Assembly: GCF_001194135.2 (NCBI RefSeq)
Contig: NC_068998.1
Location: forward strand, 39,681,085-39,745,084
Origin: Octopus bimaculoides
Lineage: Eukaryota
Direction: 5' to 3'
DNA: 64,000 bases
This document shows, piece after piece, positions 50,044 through 62,882 of this stretch; position 1 is the stretch's first letter, and each line of letters opens with the position of its first letter. The notes under the pieces were generated by a model. That model searched no databases. It was given only the letters and a program-made list of their open reading frames with translations, and had not been told where the DNA came from. The position numbers and the translations under genes are program-made.

Positions 50044-51388
50044 CTGGCATTGTCAACAGCACTAAAATAAGTGTTGTTTGGGAACAAACATACCAAAGAA
50101 ACCACATTTACCCTATGTACAACAGTATCAGTAAATAAATTCAATAAGTAAATTACAACCAACTCCAAATATGTAACTAAACAGCAACCGAACCTTTAAG
50201 TCATACAAAAAATATTCCCTAGCCTTCCATAGTATATTATAAAAGTGATAAGTATATACATTTAGACACACAAATACACACATATATAAAACACACACAT
50301 AAAGACATATATACACACACACACACACACATACACACACAAATAAATATATATTGTTATGCCTAGTGACTGTGCAGTAAGGTTGCTTTCCAACCACATG
50401 GTTCTGGGTTCAGTCTGACTGCAAGGCACCTTGGGCAGGTGTCTTCTAATGTAGCCTTGGGCCAACCAAATCTTTGAGTGGATTTGGCAGACAGAAACCG
50501 AATGAAGCCCATTGTGCACATGTGTGTGTGTGTGTGTTTCCTACCACCACTTGACAAGTTAGTGGTCTGGCAAAAGGGACCAATAGAATAAGTACCAGAT
50601 TTAAAAATAAATAAGTATTTGGATCAATTCATTCAACTAGAAATCCTTCAAGGTGGTGCCCAGCATGGCCACAGTCTAATGACTGAAACGTGATAAAATA
50701 TACACACACATGTACATGTATATATACACCCACATATAAATACACACACATACACATTCAGTATACATCAGTATACATAAACACATACATAAATATCCCT
50801 ACAACATATCTTGGGTCTGCTTACAGAAATGACAACAAAGAAACTGCAAACCCAGACATCAGTAATTCTGATCCCCACCATCACCACTTCCAGTATAAGG
50901 GAAGTGGTGGTCCATGGTGAGGTGGGGGGGAGCTGTATCTTCCTCCCTGTGTTAAAGCAGCACTGGAGCTGGTAGGCAGTGTAACATTTGGTAATGGTTA
51001 TCCAACTATAAAACAGAAGGGGGTATAAGGTGGTACACTTGAGTTATTTTTAAAAAAGACCCAGGATATTGTATATTTTTATAGCATTTTCATGGAAGCT
51101 GTGATTTTCTATAATGCCCATCATTTGTATGTATTATTGAGGAAGGGGCCATCTTTTGGGAGGAAATGTGAATGAGGGTGTTCTTTTGTTTTTTATTTTT
51201 ACATCTATTTGCCACCTACCCACCTACTCTTTTTCTCTGTTTGTAGATTTATTTATTTGTCTTATGGAACATTAAGCTTTCTCCTCCAGCAAAATGGATT
51301 ATTTTGTAGCCATGTGAAAGAATCTTGCCCATTTTTTGTGTCAAGTAGTAGTAGTAGTAGTAACGATGACAATAATAATAATAATAAT

Positions 51389-51698
51389 ATCCCTAAAAGA
51401 AAGAAACTTTTGAACTACAAAGATCTGGAAATGGAGATAACCCAAACATGGAGCCTAAAAGCAGAAACAACCCCTATAATAATAGATGCATTAGGTATGG
51501 TTAAAAAACAGAGGCAAATTCATAACCAAAACACCAGGGCTTATGTATATGTGCATGTATGCACCACACACATTCTACATAAAGCACTTTCAATATAGTG
51601 AAAATAACAACACCAAAACAAATCGCAGCACATACCCTAGGTACACAGAGCTGCACCCGGTAGTGCAGTGAAAGCATGTAATGAAAATAAGACTACTG
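51389..51698 (+). mobile_element. Second, older 5'-truncated R4/Dong-clade LINE inserted in (AAT)n
   Basis: Translation KRKKLLNYKDLEMEITQTWSLKAETTPIIIDALGMVKK...THILHKALSI*. (AAT)6 lies on both sides, and the 3' UTR differs from the 11779 copy. Confidence 0.8.
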
Positions 51699-51716
51699 AA
51701 TAATAATAATAATAAT

Positions 51717-51933
51717 GGTTTCAAATTTTTCCACAAGGGCAGCAATTTTTTGGGGGTGGGGGGATAAGTCAATTACACCGACCCTAATGTTCAACTGGTA
51801 CTTATTTTATCAGCCCTGAAAGGATGAAGGGTAAAGTTGACCTCAATGGAATTTGAACTCAACATAGTGAAGGGCAAAATACTGTTAAGCATTTCGCCCG
51901 GTGTGCTAATGATTCTGCCAGCTCGCCACCTTG

Positions 51934-51995
<62 letters not shown>

Positions 51996-52201
51996 CCCTT
52001 CTGCTTTAGGCCTGAAATTTGGGGAGGAGGGGACTGTCGATTACACTAACTCCAGTGCTTAACTGGTACTTATTCCTTTATCCCCAAAAGGATGAGAGGC
52101 AAAGTCAACCTCAGTGGAATTTGAACTCAGAACATAAAGATGGATGGAATATCACTAAGCATTTTGTCCAGTGAGCTAACAACTCTGCTAGTTTGCTGCC
52201 T
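51717..52201 (-). mobile_element. Two S2 SINEs in tandem separated by about 21 AAT units
   Basis: Reverse-oriented S2 bodies at 51717-51931 and 51997-52201. A third lies at about 52665-52800. Confidence 0.8.
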
Positions 52202-52339
52202 TAAATAATAATGATAATGTTGACCCTGACTTCCCAGTTGGTACAAGGCTTTTAGGACTTCAGCACCAAGTTCAATTCCTTCCATAGAAAACGTTATAAT
52301 GGCTAGGCCTGTGTTCTATCCAGGAATGCAATTATCTTT

Positions 52340-52625
52340 CATCCACTTAACATTGCTGAACCCACCAAAAGAGAGTATAAGCACAGATATGATTGTGTTA
52401 CTAAAAGAGTGCATTGGGATGTTAGTCAAGTATGGGGGTTCAAGAAAAGTGGTATCAACATGAGCCAGAGTTTGTGATGGAGAATAATAATTACCGGATT
52501 CTGTGGGATTTCTCCATAAAGACAGACAATACTACTGAAGCAAGACGATCAGATACGATTGTAGAAGACAAAAAAAGTGTACGGTCATAGATTTTGTGAT
52601 ACCATATGAGAAGAATTGTTTCTGA
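52340..52625 (+). mobile_element. Internal R4/Dong-clade LINE fragment (region between zinc knuckle and RLE)
   Basis: Translation KREYKHRYDCVTKRVHWD..EKWYQHEPEFVMENNNYRILWDFSIKTDNTTEARRSDTIV..CTVIDFVIPY, matching EYK.RHD.V...VHW / KWY.H.PE.V.EN...ILWDF.I.TD...ARRPD. Confidence 0.85.
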
Positions 52626-52861
52626 TTTATGCACTAAACCAATGATTTTAGGAGATGAAGGTTAGTCAATTAAATTGACTCCAAAACTTGACTGTTACTT
52701 TATCAACCCCAGAAATATGAACAACAAAGTTGACTTCAATGGGATTTAAACTTAGAAGGTCAACAATCAAAATAGATACTACAAAGAACTTTTTTCTCAC
52801 ACTAACACTGTCCTAATAACAAATAAAAACAAAATAAGGAAAAAACATAGATAAATCAGAT

Positions 52862-52901
<40 letters not shown>

Positions 52902-52903
<2 letters not shown>

Positions 52904-53766
52904 CGAGGTTTGATCAGTAAGTATCTGGTCTGTTGCCATAGTAATGAAGCCAAAGCACACAGAGTGAAGCCATTTGGCAAAGATTGACCTTGAACTCTGC
53001 TGTGCATGTGCACTAAGTTTTAACATTGTAGCTCACTTCCGCTGTTTACCGCAGTGCTTGGAAAGAAGGTGTGTAGTGTATGATCATTGCATTGACCATG
53101 ACAGAGAAAGTTGTAATGGTGATACCTGCTCAGAAGCCTACGTAAAACTGTGGAAAGTGTATGGAGAGGAGTGTATTAGCCACACACAAGTGCACAAGTG
53201 GTTCAGATGTTTCCAAGATGGCCAAAAAAATCTCAATATTGACAAACATCCTGAGAAACCTGCAGCCAGCAGAACTGAGAAAAACATCACAGATGTGATT
53301 GCAGCTGTGAGGGGAAATCATTGAATCACCATCCATGAGATATTAGAGGATGTGCACATTAGTTACGGTTCAGTTCAGTCCATTATCGCTGAAGATTTGA
53401 GTATGACACGCATGTCTGTAATGTTCGTGCCAAAACTGCTTTCATCTGACCAAAAGGACACTTGGGTTTCAGTTGCACAAAATCTCCTGATTGTGTCAAG
53501 AACAATGGAAACTTTTTGAAAACTTTGCATAGGCCTCTGAGCAGTTATCACCAAGCTTTTGACAAAATTTGATACAGATTCTCTGCTCAAATTTATCGCT
53601 CATGGTCAATGCAATGATCACATCCTACACACCTTCCTTCCAAGCACTGCTGTAAACTGGAAGTGAGCTAGAATGTTAAAACTTAGTGTGCATGGAAAGC
53701 AGAATTTATGGTCAATCTGTGCCAAGCGGCATCAAGTCCGGATACTTATTGATCAGACCATGTGTA
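52902..53766 (+). mobile_element. Mariner derivative made of two head-to-head 5' ends (inverted arms of about 250 bp), non-coding
   Basis: TA-CGAGGTTTGATCAGTAAGTATC TIR and its inverted partner. The plus strand gives a transposase N-terminus GDTCSEAYVKL..VHKWFRCF..GSVQSII..FVPKLL..NFLK. The minus strand of the right arm gives MSDKFEQRICIKFCQKLGDNCSEAYAK. Confidence 0.88.
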
Positions 53767-56700
53767 TACATACATATGCATGTATATATATATATATATA
53801 CATATATTCACATACATATCAGTGATATGTAGACACACACATGTGCGCACATATATATTAATGATATTATAAATATAAATATATATATATATATATATAT
53901 TATACACACTCAAACATATATATAAACACATATTACTGATGCCATTAATAATTTAAGAAATGAAATATAATACAAGTTTTACTTATCATAACATTGCCTC
54001 CTACTAAAAAAAAAAAAAAACTCTGTTATCTTGATAGCTACGTCTCCCCCCCCCCCCACACACACACACACTTTATATGGGGGACCATATTTATTTTCAG
54101 AAAAATAATTTATGAGTTTATTTTTTGATGGCCTGGAGACACCAGAAGCACAGCTGGGGTTTGTCTTTACAGAAGAGTCCACTGTTTATATTTCATCACA
54201 GGCACTGAGTTGTTGCGCTTGTTGCACTTATTGTTGTGTCTCCATAATCAAAACATTTAACTCACATACACAGACACAGTTGTTGTTGTTGTACTTGTTT
54301 AACCCCAGGTCAATCCCAATCGAGCAAGCCTTTGGTCAAATGTATTCAAGCAATGAGTATCCTTCCCCCCAGTTTTATTTTAGGGGTACTACTAATATCT
54401 AGAATCACATCATTCAGTTTTATATTCCCTTCTTTAACCCCTTTTCAGATTACTGCCAACTGTAATGCTTATTTATTCACATTGTTTCAAATTAATCATA
54501 CTTTAATCTTGTAGCTTAAAGATTTCAATGATATCATCATCATCATCATTTAGTGTATGCTTTCCATGCTGGCATGGGTTAGACGGTTTGACTGAAACTG
54601 GTAAGCTGGGGAGCTGCACCAGATTCCAATCTGATTTGGCATGGTTTCTACAGCTGGATGCCCTTCTTAACATTAACTACTCCAGTCATGTGACACCATC
54701 GTTAGCCACAACTATGACTTCACTTGGCTTGATGAGTCTTCTCAGAATGACATTGTAGGGTAGGTGTGAGAGGCTGGATCTGGCTAATTTGAACATAAAA
54801 CAGGTAGAATATTTGGGCTGGATTTGGTCAGTTTAAATGCTAAAAGGTTAAGGCAGAATTAATTAACACCCTAGTTGCATAGACAGTCCCTTGTCGGTTG
54901 TAACAATTGCAAACATAGTAAACCAGTGATTAGCCCATAGAAAATCTATTACCGACAACACCTTGTCTAAGTTCAGTCTTGATCAAGCTGTCCTGCTATG
55001 ATCATAAGCATTCCAACAGTGATCACCTCATCATTTTCTCAGACAAAATTAGATTATCAAATATGTCCTTCCTTTCTGCCACAGCATATTTGTGATTTAA
55101 ATGCGATTCATTTGCTATTTTTAGTAGGTCAAGCAATACAATAGAAACTCTATATTTAGGTCTTGGATAGCATGAGATGCAAACAAAGTTTGTTTTTGCT
55201 GTTTGTTATTGTTTACTGCTAGAATAGGAAGGAGACATTCCAAGTGAGAGACGTCATTTGTTTCAACCAGACCAGCTGTTTCAATCTAAAACTATTTATT
55301 GATTTCACATGTACGTGAAACACAAAGAAAGCCAAGACACAAACAGCTGAAATAACTAATATCTATTTTCTACTCGACAGCTTATAACCACTCGTATCCA
55401 TCAATGGGTGTTTATCAGTCTTGTATATTTTTTGTAGAGAAGGCAAGAAATGTGAGAGGTTATGATGTTCTTTGTAATGAGAGCTTCATAGTAATGAAAT
55501 GCAATATAGTCCCAATAATGTATTCATCAGGGTAGAAGTACCCCACCCTCTCTTGACTACATCCAGAAGTGTCAGAAAAAGCCTAGGGCACTGACTCGTC
55601 AAACTGACTTACCATCATCATCATTTTAATATCTGATTTTCCATGATATCATGAGTCAGAAGAGTTTTATTAATACAAGTTTTCTATGATCAGAAGCTCA
55701 TCCTATCACCAATTCTCACTCATTTTCCAAGAAGAGTAATATTTTCTTTGGTCTTTTGACTAACAGCTGGACATGTTTTGGAAGCAGTTGTAAACAAAGA
55801 CATTATCTATATCATGATGTTGTTAATGGTGTGTGTGTGCATATAATCAAACATGTTTTTTGCATCAGAGGTTAACAATGACCCATCTACAGTTGACACC
55901 ACTTACACAGTATGGAAACGATACCAAACTAATGGGAACACACACACACACACACACACACACGGAAAGCTTCCTGCTGTTTCTGTCTACCAAATTCCAC
56001 TTAGAAAGCATTGGTCAGCCTGTGGCTCTAGTGGAAGACTTTTCCACAGTGCCACACAATGGTTGAAAAGCAAACTTGTTAACCACAGGGTCATGCCTGT
56101 ACCTTATACATATAAGTAAAGGAGCAGCTTACAGAAGGAAGTTTATCCAGCCCCCAGTAAGATAATGATACAAGGAAGCTTCTTAAAATTACTCACCATG
56201 CTAGAAATACCAGCCAAACCAACTTCAAACTACACACCACCATTTTTTTTTTTTTCAAATATGGAAGAAAATGTTAGGGAGTATAGTCCCTGACTTAGGG
56301 CTAAACAACAACAATCTAATGGTATCTATTTACAGCCAGTTAGCCTGAGCTGTTTGAAAGAGTGTTGGTTACAATGACAATGTAGTATTTACAAGAGGAT
56401 CAAGCCATCTTGATCACAGCTGGTGGTCAAGGTTATGTTATTGACAACCATGTTAGTAATGTAAGCAAATTAAAATGCCTTTTCACTGTAAATGAAAACC
56501 ATGTCAGGCTTCGTTCAGCAGAGACATTCTAATCTAATATAGATTTCTTGAGACTAAGCACAACAACAATTTTGTTAGATATAGCTTTGTAGCCAAGAAG
56601 TTCACTTAGTAACCAATCATACAATCATGTGTTTCCAGCACTGTGGGCAAGTGTCTTCTAGTATAGTCTTGGATTGAGCCATACCTGGTGAGTGGAATTT

Positions 56701-56959
56701 GGTAGATGGAAACTGTCCGGTTGCCTGGTTTAGTACCACCACTGGTCACCTTGAGAGCCTTTAGTAGAGTTCACTCTGGTGCAAGCATTCACTGAAGCCA
56801 GGTCTCTGGTTTAAGGACATCACAGCCTAGTTCAGGAATTGAACCCATGGCATTATGATCATGAACCTAACACTGTAACTATAAAGAACATTGCATGTGT
56901 CTGTGCGTGTGTGTATGTGTGTGTGTGTGTGCTTGTGTGTGTATCCATCTGTAGGTGTG

Positions 56960-57100
56960 ACTGTGTTGCAAGAAGTTTGCTTCTAAACCACATGGTTCTA
57001 GGTTCAGTCCTGTTGTGTGGAAAAGTGTCTTCTACTATAGTCCTGGGCCAACCAAAGCTTTGTGAGTAGATTTGGTAGATGGAAACTAAAAGACGTTGTC

Positions 57101-57131
<31 letters not shown>

Positions 57132-57867
57132 ACTGTCTCTTTGAACTGACATTGTGTGAGTTGTAAATGAGTGTAAGTGGTATCCTTTTTTTTCCTGTCT
57201 TCCATGATCATGGGGAAATATTACCTTTCATGGAAACAGGTGAGGATTGACAACAAGAGTATGTGGCTGTAGAAAATTCACCTTAACAAATTCTGTACAC
57301 ACCATACATATGTGCACACGAGTGTTTGTGTGTGTGTGTATGCACACACACCAGGCATCTTTCAGTTTTCATCTACCAAATCCATTCATAAAGCTTTGAT
57401 CAGCTTAGGGCTATTGTAGAAGACACTTGCCCAAAGTTCCACACAGTGCGACTGAACCCAGAACCATGCAACTGAGAAGCAATCTTCTTACCACACAGCT
57501 ATGCCTGTACCTATGCCACATTATACTTTATACATATTCTCTTTTACTCTTTTACTTGTTGCAGTCATTTGACTGTGGCCATGCTGGAGCACTGCCTTTA
57601 ATCAAACAAATCGACCCCAGGACTTATTCTTTGTAAGCCTAGTACTTATCCTATCGGTCTCTTTCACCGAACTGCTAAGTTACAGGAACGTAAACATACC
57701 ATCATCAGTTGTCAAGCGATAACGGGAGGACAAACACAGACACAGACATACACACACACATACATACATATGATAAGCTTCTTTCAGTTTCCATCTACCA
57801 AATCCACTCACAAGGCTTTGGTCAGCTTGAGGCTATAGTAGAAGACATTTGCCCAAGGTGCCATGCA

Positions 57868-57870
<3 letters not shown>
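56960..57870. mobile_element. Cluster of S1 (+ at 56960-57110; - at 57350-57510 and 57540-57870) and S3 (about 57190-57290) SINEs
   Basis: Each piece aligns by eye to the family consensus seen elsewhere in the window. Confidence 0.7.
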
Positions 57871-57910
<40 letters not shown>

Positions 57911-59122
57911 CAAATCTATACATATGCTGTAAAGTAGTTGGTGATAGAAAGGACATCCAGCCATAAAAGCCAAACCACAACAAGACCTACACAACAAAAC
58001 TGCCTGTTTCTTTTGTTGCTGTATATGCCGGATGAAGAAAACAATGAATGGTGAGACATTGTGAAATCAATAGAAGAGACGAGGAGAATAAATCTCTTTT
58101 CTTCTTTCTATTTCTTGTCTAAACTGCTAGTTTGAAACTTGCTTTGTCACACACACATACATACACATAGACATTTTCTATTTACAAACCTAATTTTTCT
58201 GAAACTATAATTATACAAAATGTAATTCTTTCAAGTTGACTGGGAACTTTAACCACTGAAATTTAAATTGCGATACAATAACAACTGCTTAAACAAGTTT
58301 TGACTTGCTCACTGAAGGAAGAAGNNNNNNNNNNGGGGGGTGGAGGTGAAAGCCAGACAGTGAGAGGTGGGTAGACTGAGTAAGTAAGTGGTGATTGTAA
58401 AATGTGGTATTTTGGCTATGAATAAACAGAATAGAAATATTTGTAACTATCTAGAGAGAGAGGAAGGGGGAGAGGGGGAAAGAGAGAGAGGTGGAGTGGA
58501 GTGAGAGATGCATCATAAGAAGGTTTGAGTATGTAGAAGAAAGGCTATCACTGAATCCAGTCACATGACTTAGTTTTGATTTCTTGAGGTGGACTTTTTT
58601 GTCATTTCGGGTGGAGAGAAAACTACCAGTAATATGTGAGGGAGGAGTATGCCCTATTTTGAATCAAAATAACTGTGACCCCCTTCTTTACAATGGTGTG
58701 TGGGGTATATATAGTTTCTAAGGTGAATATAGAATTTCAACACTAACAATAACAACCACCTTAACAACACCAACACCAGAGGACCAATAAAACTAACAAT
58801 GCCTACAACAATAAAACAACAACATAACTAATAGGTAGCTAAGTGGTAGAGTCGTTAACATGTCATACAGAGTGTTTCATGGTATATGTTCTGACACACT
58901 GTTCACTGAGTTCAATTCATGCTAAAGTCAACTTTGCTTTTCATTCTTTTGGAGATCAATAAACAAATATCAATCTATGTGGTGAGTCAGTGGAATGATA
59001 AAAACTTCACATTGGGTGCCTTGTGGTATTTGTTCCAATTCTTTACATTATGAGTTCAAATTCCACTCTGTTATGTGTATAGATGGTAGGCTGTATTCAT
59101 CACTCAATTTAACACCACTTAC

Positions 59123-59199
59123 CCTTGTTGCAAGCGTTTTGGGCCAAGATTTTGGTTTGAGGATACCTTTCTCATTCCTTCCCACCAGTCTTGGAGACC
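59123..59199 (-). other. Candidate internal exon (77 nt)
   Basis: TTCATTACAG| ... AGG|GTAAGT (consensus donor). Two frames are open: GLQDWWEGMRKVSSNQNLGPKRLQQ or xSPRLVGRNEKGILKPKSWPKTLATR. Confidence 0.3.
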
Positions 59200-62100
59200 C
59201 TGTAATGAATCACAGGCAACCAGTTACAGCATTTTGACTGGGATCTAATAAGAGAGACCTAATCTCTTGCAGTTAGTTCAGAGTCCCTTCTCTTTCCAGT
59301 CTTCGATGCTGAAGAGGTGACTACTCTGAAATGCATGCATCCAACAATCTAAGTAGAGGGCATTCCAAACTCACCAGATATGTTCACAACTTTTTATCTA
59401 TAGCAAAAACTTTTCTTGAAAAAATGTGGGGAGTTGCTGTCTTATGGGTTTGAATAGGTCTCAAACATATTCGAACTGGTAGCAAGTTTATAATAATAAT
59501 AATATCAATACTAACAACAGCAAGACGAACAACAATGCTAACAGCTGTAACATTAACCGTAACACTAACAGCAAGACCAACAACAGCAACAACGCTAAAA
59601 AGAGTAACCAGCTAATAAAGAAGCTTTCATGTGGTCACTGGATCTGCTAGATACAGCAGCCAAATCTTCCTCAAAACACTCCTAACTATCTTTAAAAAAT
59701 TAACAACAACTTCTGTTGATTAAACAATTGGAATATTCATTGTGAAAAACAATGGAAACACACTGTTTCATCTTATTTACTGCTGTATGAGCATAATAAT
59801 GGTTTCTAATTTAGGAACTAGACCAGCAATTTTGAGGGATGTGGATTAGTCAGTTCCATTGACACCAGTATTTGATGGTCCTGTATGCTATTGATGTTAG
59901 AGGGATGAAAGGCAAAGTTGACCTCTGTGGGATATGAACTCAGAATGTAAAGAGCTGGAACAAATATGGTAAAACATCTTTTCTGGTACTCTAATAATTC
60001 TGCCAATCCATCGTGTGTGTGTGTAAGCATAATAATAAAAACTGAAGTATATTTGCCAAGGATCTGGTGGTGTTATTGCAGAAAGATGAACTGTTGATAA
60101 GATGTTAAAGCTAGCAACTTTATATTTCAGTAAACCGTGACTATCAAAAAAAATGGAAAAAGTTACAGAGAGGAAATAACAGTCCACACTGGATGTATTC
60201 CTCTTCACGCCTGAAGGTTTTTGGTTGTATCACTGATTTATTAATGCTGTTGTGCTAACTTCTGTCAGTTTTAATACATTAACCTTGTAAAAAAATTACA
60301 GTGCCCCACCAGCTTGCATGGAATGCTGGATGGATGGATGAGAGTAATGTAAAGTCCAGGAACACAATACCCTCCTGCACCAGAATTTGAATCTATGACC
60401 TTTGATTGAGAACCCAGTTGCTTAGCCATAAAAAAAAAATAGATGGTGGAGAATATCTTATAAATATTTAAATGATTAAGTAGAAGAGCACAAAAGTTTA
60501 CTACCATCAAATTGAATAAAATCTTAACAGAGTATAAATATCTCCCATAATTAATGGTTAACTCAGTTTTCATTGTCATATTGAGATGAATGTTCCAATA
60601 TTCTCAGCATAAAGATATTTTTGGATACAACAATTTCAAAAACAATTATGACTAACCTGTTTAATACCATCAACATGCCTCAGTCCACATGTACTGAACT
60701 GTTGATATTTCAGTTAAAAATCTCAATTAAAAGTAATGAACACGCAGTCATTAGAGTGTTAAATAGAATGCCTTGTAGTATTTGTACTTGTTCTAACACT
60801 GCATGCTGAGTTCAGATCCTTCTTTTTTCTTCTTCTAGAACAAGCAAGCAAATCTGCCTCAAACTACACCCTGCTTTCTTAAAAAGTAAATGGACAATGG
60901 AAACTCGTATCTTTTTTATTCTAGAAATACATTACTATCTTTAAGCCTTTAGCATTCATATTATCCCATCAAATGTAATGCTTTTTCATTGACATTGATT
61001 TAATTAACCATGCATTATTTTGTAGATTCAAAATTGTAATGATGTGATTGTATATTTTTAGAGTGGCATTGAAGGATAGGTGTGATGGGCTGGATCTGGT
61101 TAGAACATAAAACAAATACTTTATCTGGGTTGGATATGGCTGGTTTAAATGCTAAAGGGTTAAAACAAACTTCGAAAGACACATTGGAAAATGTAGTCAT
61201 GGAAACACTATAACTAAGAGGTAGGATGGTCATGGTTGGAATGCTTTAGATCATATGTTTGCTTGATTTTCACAATCAAAGTTAATGTGGACCTTAACAA
61301 CAACCACCACCAATATTTAAAATCAGAGAATTTACTAAAATCTTTAAAAATCTTGAATAATTGGAAAACTAATTGAAATACATTAGAGCCAGCATGGCTG
61401 TATGGCTGAGAAGTTTGCTTCCAAAACACATTGTTATGGGTTCACTTCCACTACATAGACACTATTGGCTGGTGTTTTTTTTTCTATAGTTGCAAGTTGA
61501 CCAATGCCTTGTGAGCGAAATTTGGTGGACAAAAACTGGAAGTGTGTGTGTGTGTGTATGTGCATATGTATATGTGCACACAGACTTTGTCTTGAGATGT
61601 CACCAATCATACAAATAGTGTTTTTTTGGGTTTTTTTTTTTTTTTTGCTATCCTCTAGAAAAACAGGTCCTGGTTGTTCATTGTTCAATAAATTAGGGAA
61701 AACATTACCTTGCCTGGAAACAGGTGAAGGTTGGTGATGGAAAAGCATCCAGCCATAGAAAATTCTACTTCAACAAAGTTTGATCCATGCTAGCATGGAT
61801 TAGTAAGTAAAAACTAATACAATACTGATGACAATAATGATGATGATGATGGTAGTGAACCCATCGGTAAGCAAAGTCATGAAAGGATAAAAATAGAGAA
61901 GAGAAAAAAGAAAAGAAGTAAATGAAAATTTCCAAAGCTTAATGTCAACTTGTTTCCTTGATAAAAGGGTATATTTTGGTTCAGATGAAGTGTTTACAGT
62001 TTACTTCAAAGTCTTTAATCACATAAATGTATAGAAATGATAAACAGTAGTGTTGCAGGTCAAACTATACCGCACCCACCATTCATACATGGTTCTGACA

Positions 62101-62709
62101 GGAGACAGAACCTGTTCTGTTGAATTGTCTCCACTGAGATTTGTCAATGACTACAATATTTCATTCATGGATATCAATACGTGTATTTCTCTGGTGCACA
62201 TTTCTTTCTTCCCCTGTGGTAGGTAGACTTAGTCCTTTGTTCAATTTAACACTACTGCCCGACACTTGAGTGCTTTCAGTACAATAAGCTTCATTGCAAG
62301 CATTCATGACAAGTCTCCTGGTTTTCCAATCTGAGGATAACTTTTCTCCTGTCTCAGACACCCTGAAGAGAGGATCAAAGGTACTGATGTTCCTCTGCTA
62401 AGTCATTAGAAAGAAAAAGATTAATTAAAATGCACGTTTATATCATTGAGTCACCTAGAAATAACCCGTCTTTCACTTCAATAAACCTGTTTGTAAGAAA
62501 GTCAATACAGATTAGCTGAGTGGTTAAGGTAATGGACTATGTTATCAAAGATCAGGAGTTCAATATCTGATGGTGTTTCATCATTCTTTGTTCTTTTTCA
62601 TAATTAACTGGGCAGAATATTATATTCTGCAATACTTCAGCTCATGTGTTTTTAATTCTAAATCTAAAGACAAGATATCATACATTATTGATAGGATTAG
62701 TCAAAGAGG

Positions 62710-62882
62710 GAGCCTTTACATAATCACTCAACCTACTAGAAATAGGAGCCAAATCTCCCTCAAACCATATTCTACTGTTTTAAAAGGAAACAAAACATTA
62801 TATAACGTAGTTCCATATATACCTAAAAATATGGGATGGTCACATCTGGAATACTTTTGACCATAGGTTAAACAACAACAAC
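62710..62882 (+). mobile_element. Interspersed repeat family S4 with (CAA)n tail
   Basis: CTAGAAATAG.AGCCAAATCTCCCTCAAA...GGATGGTCA...TAAACAACAAC. About 15 related pieces occur, for example at 1-76, 6890-7030, 31790-31945, 40490-40950 and 56180-56310. Confidence 0.6.

Noticed and set aside
58558-58567. GTCACATGAC palindromic E-box/CLEAR-like site
   Set aside because: A single 10-mer with no evidence of a nearby promoter.
62510-62570. tRNA-like A/B boxes (TAGCTGAGTGGTTAAGG...GGAGTTCAAT)
   Set aside because: No cloverleaf or acceptor stem can be built. It is best explained as a decayed SINE head, like the many S1/S2 heads.
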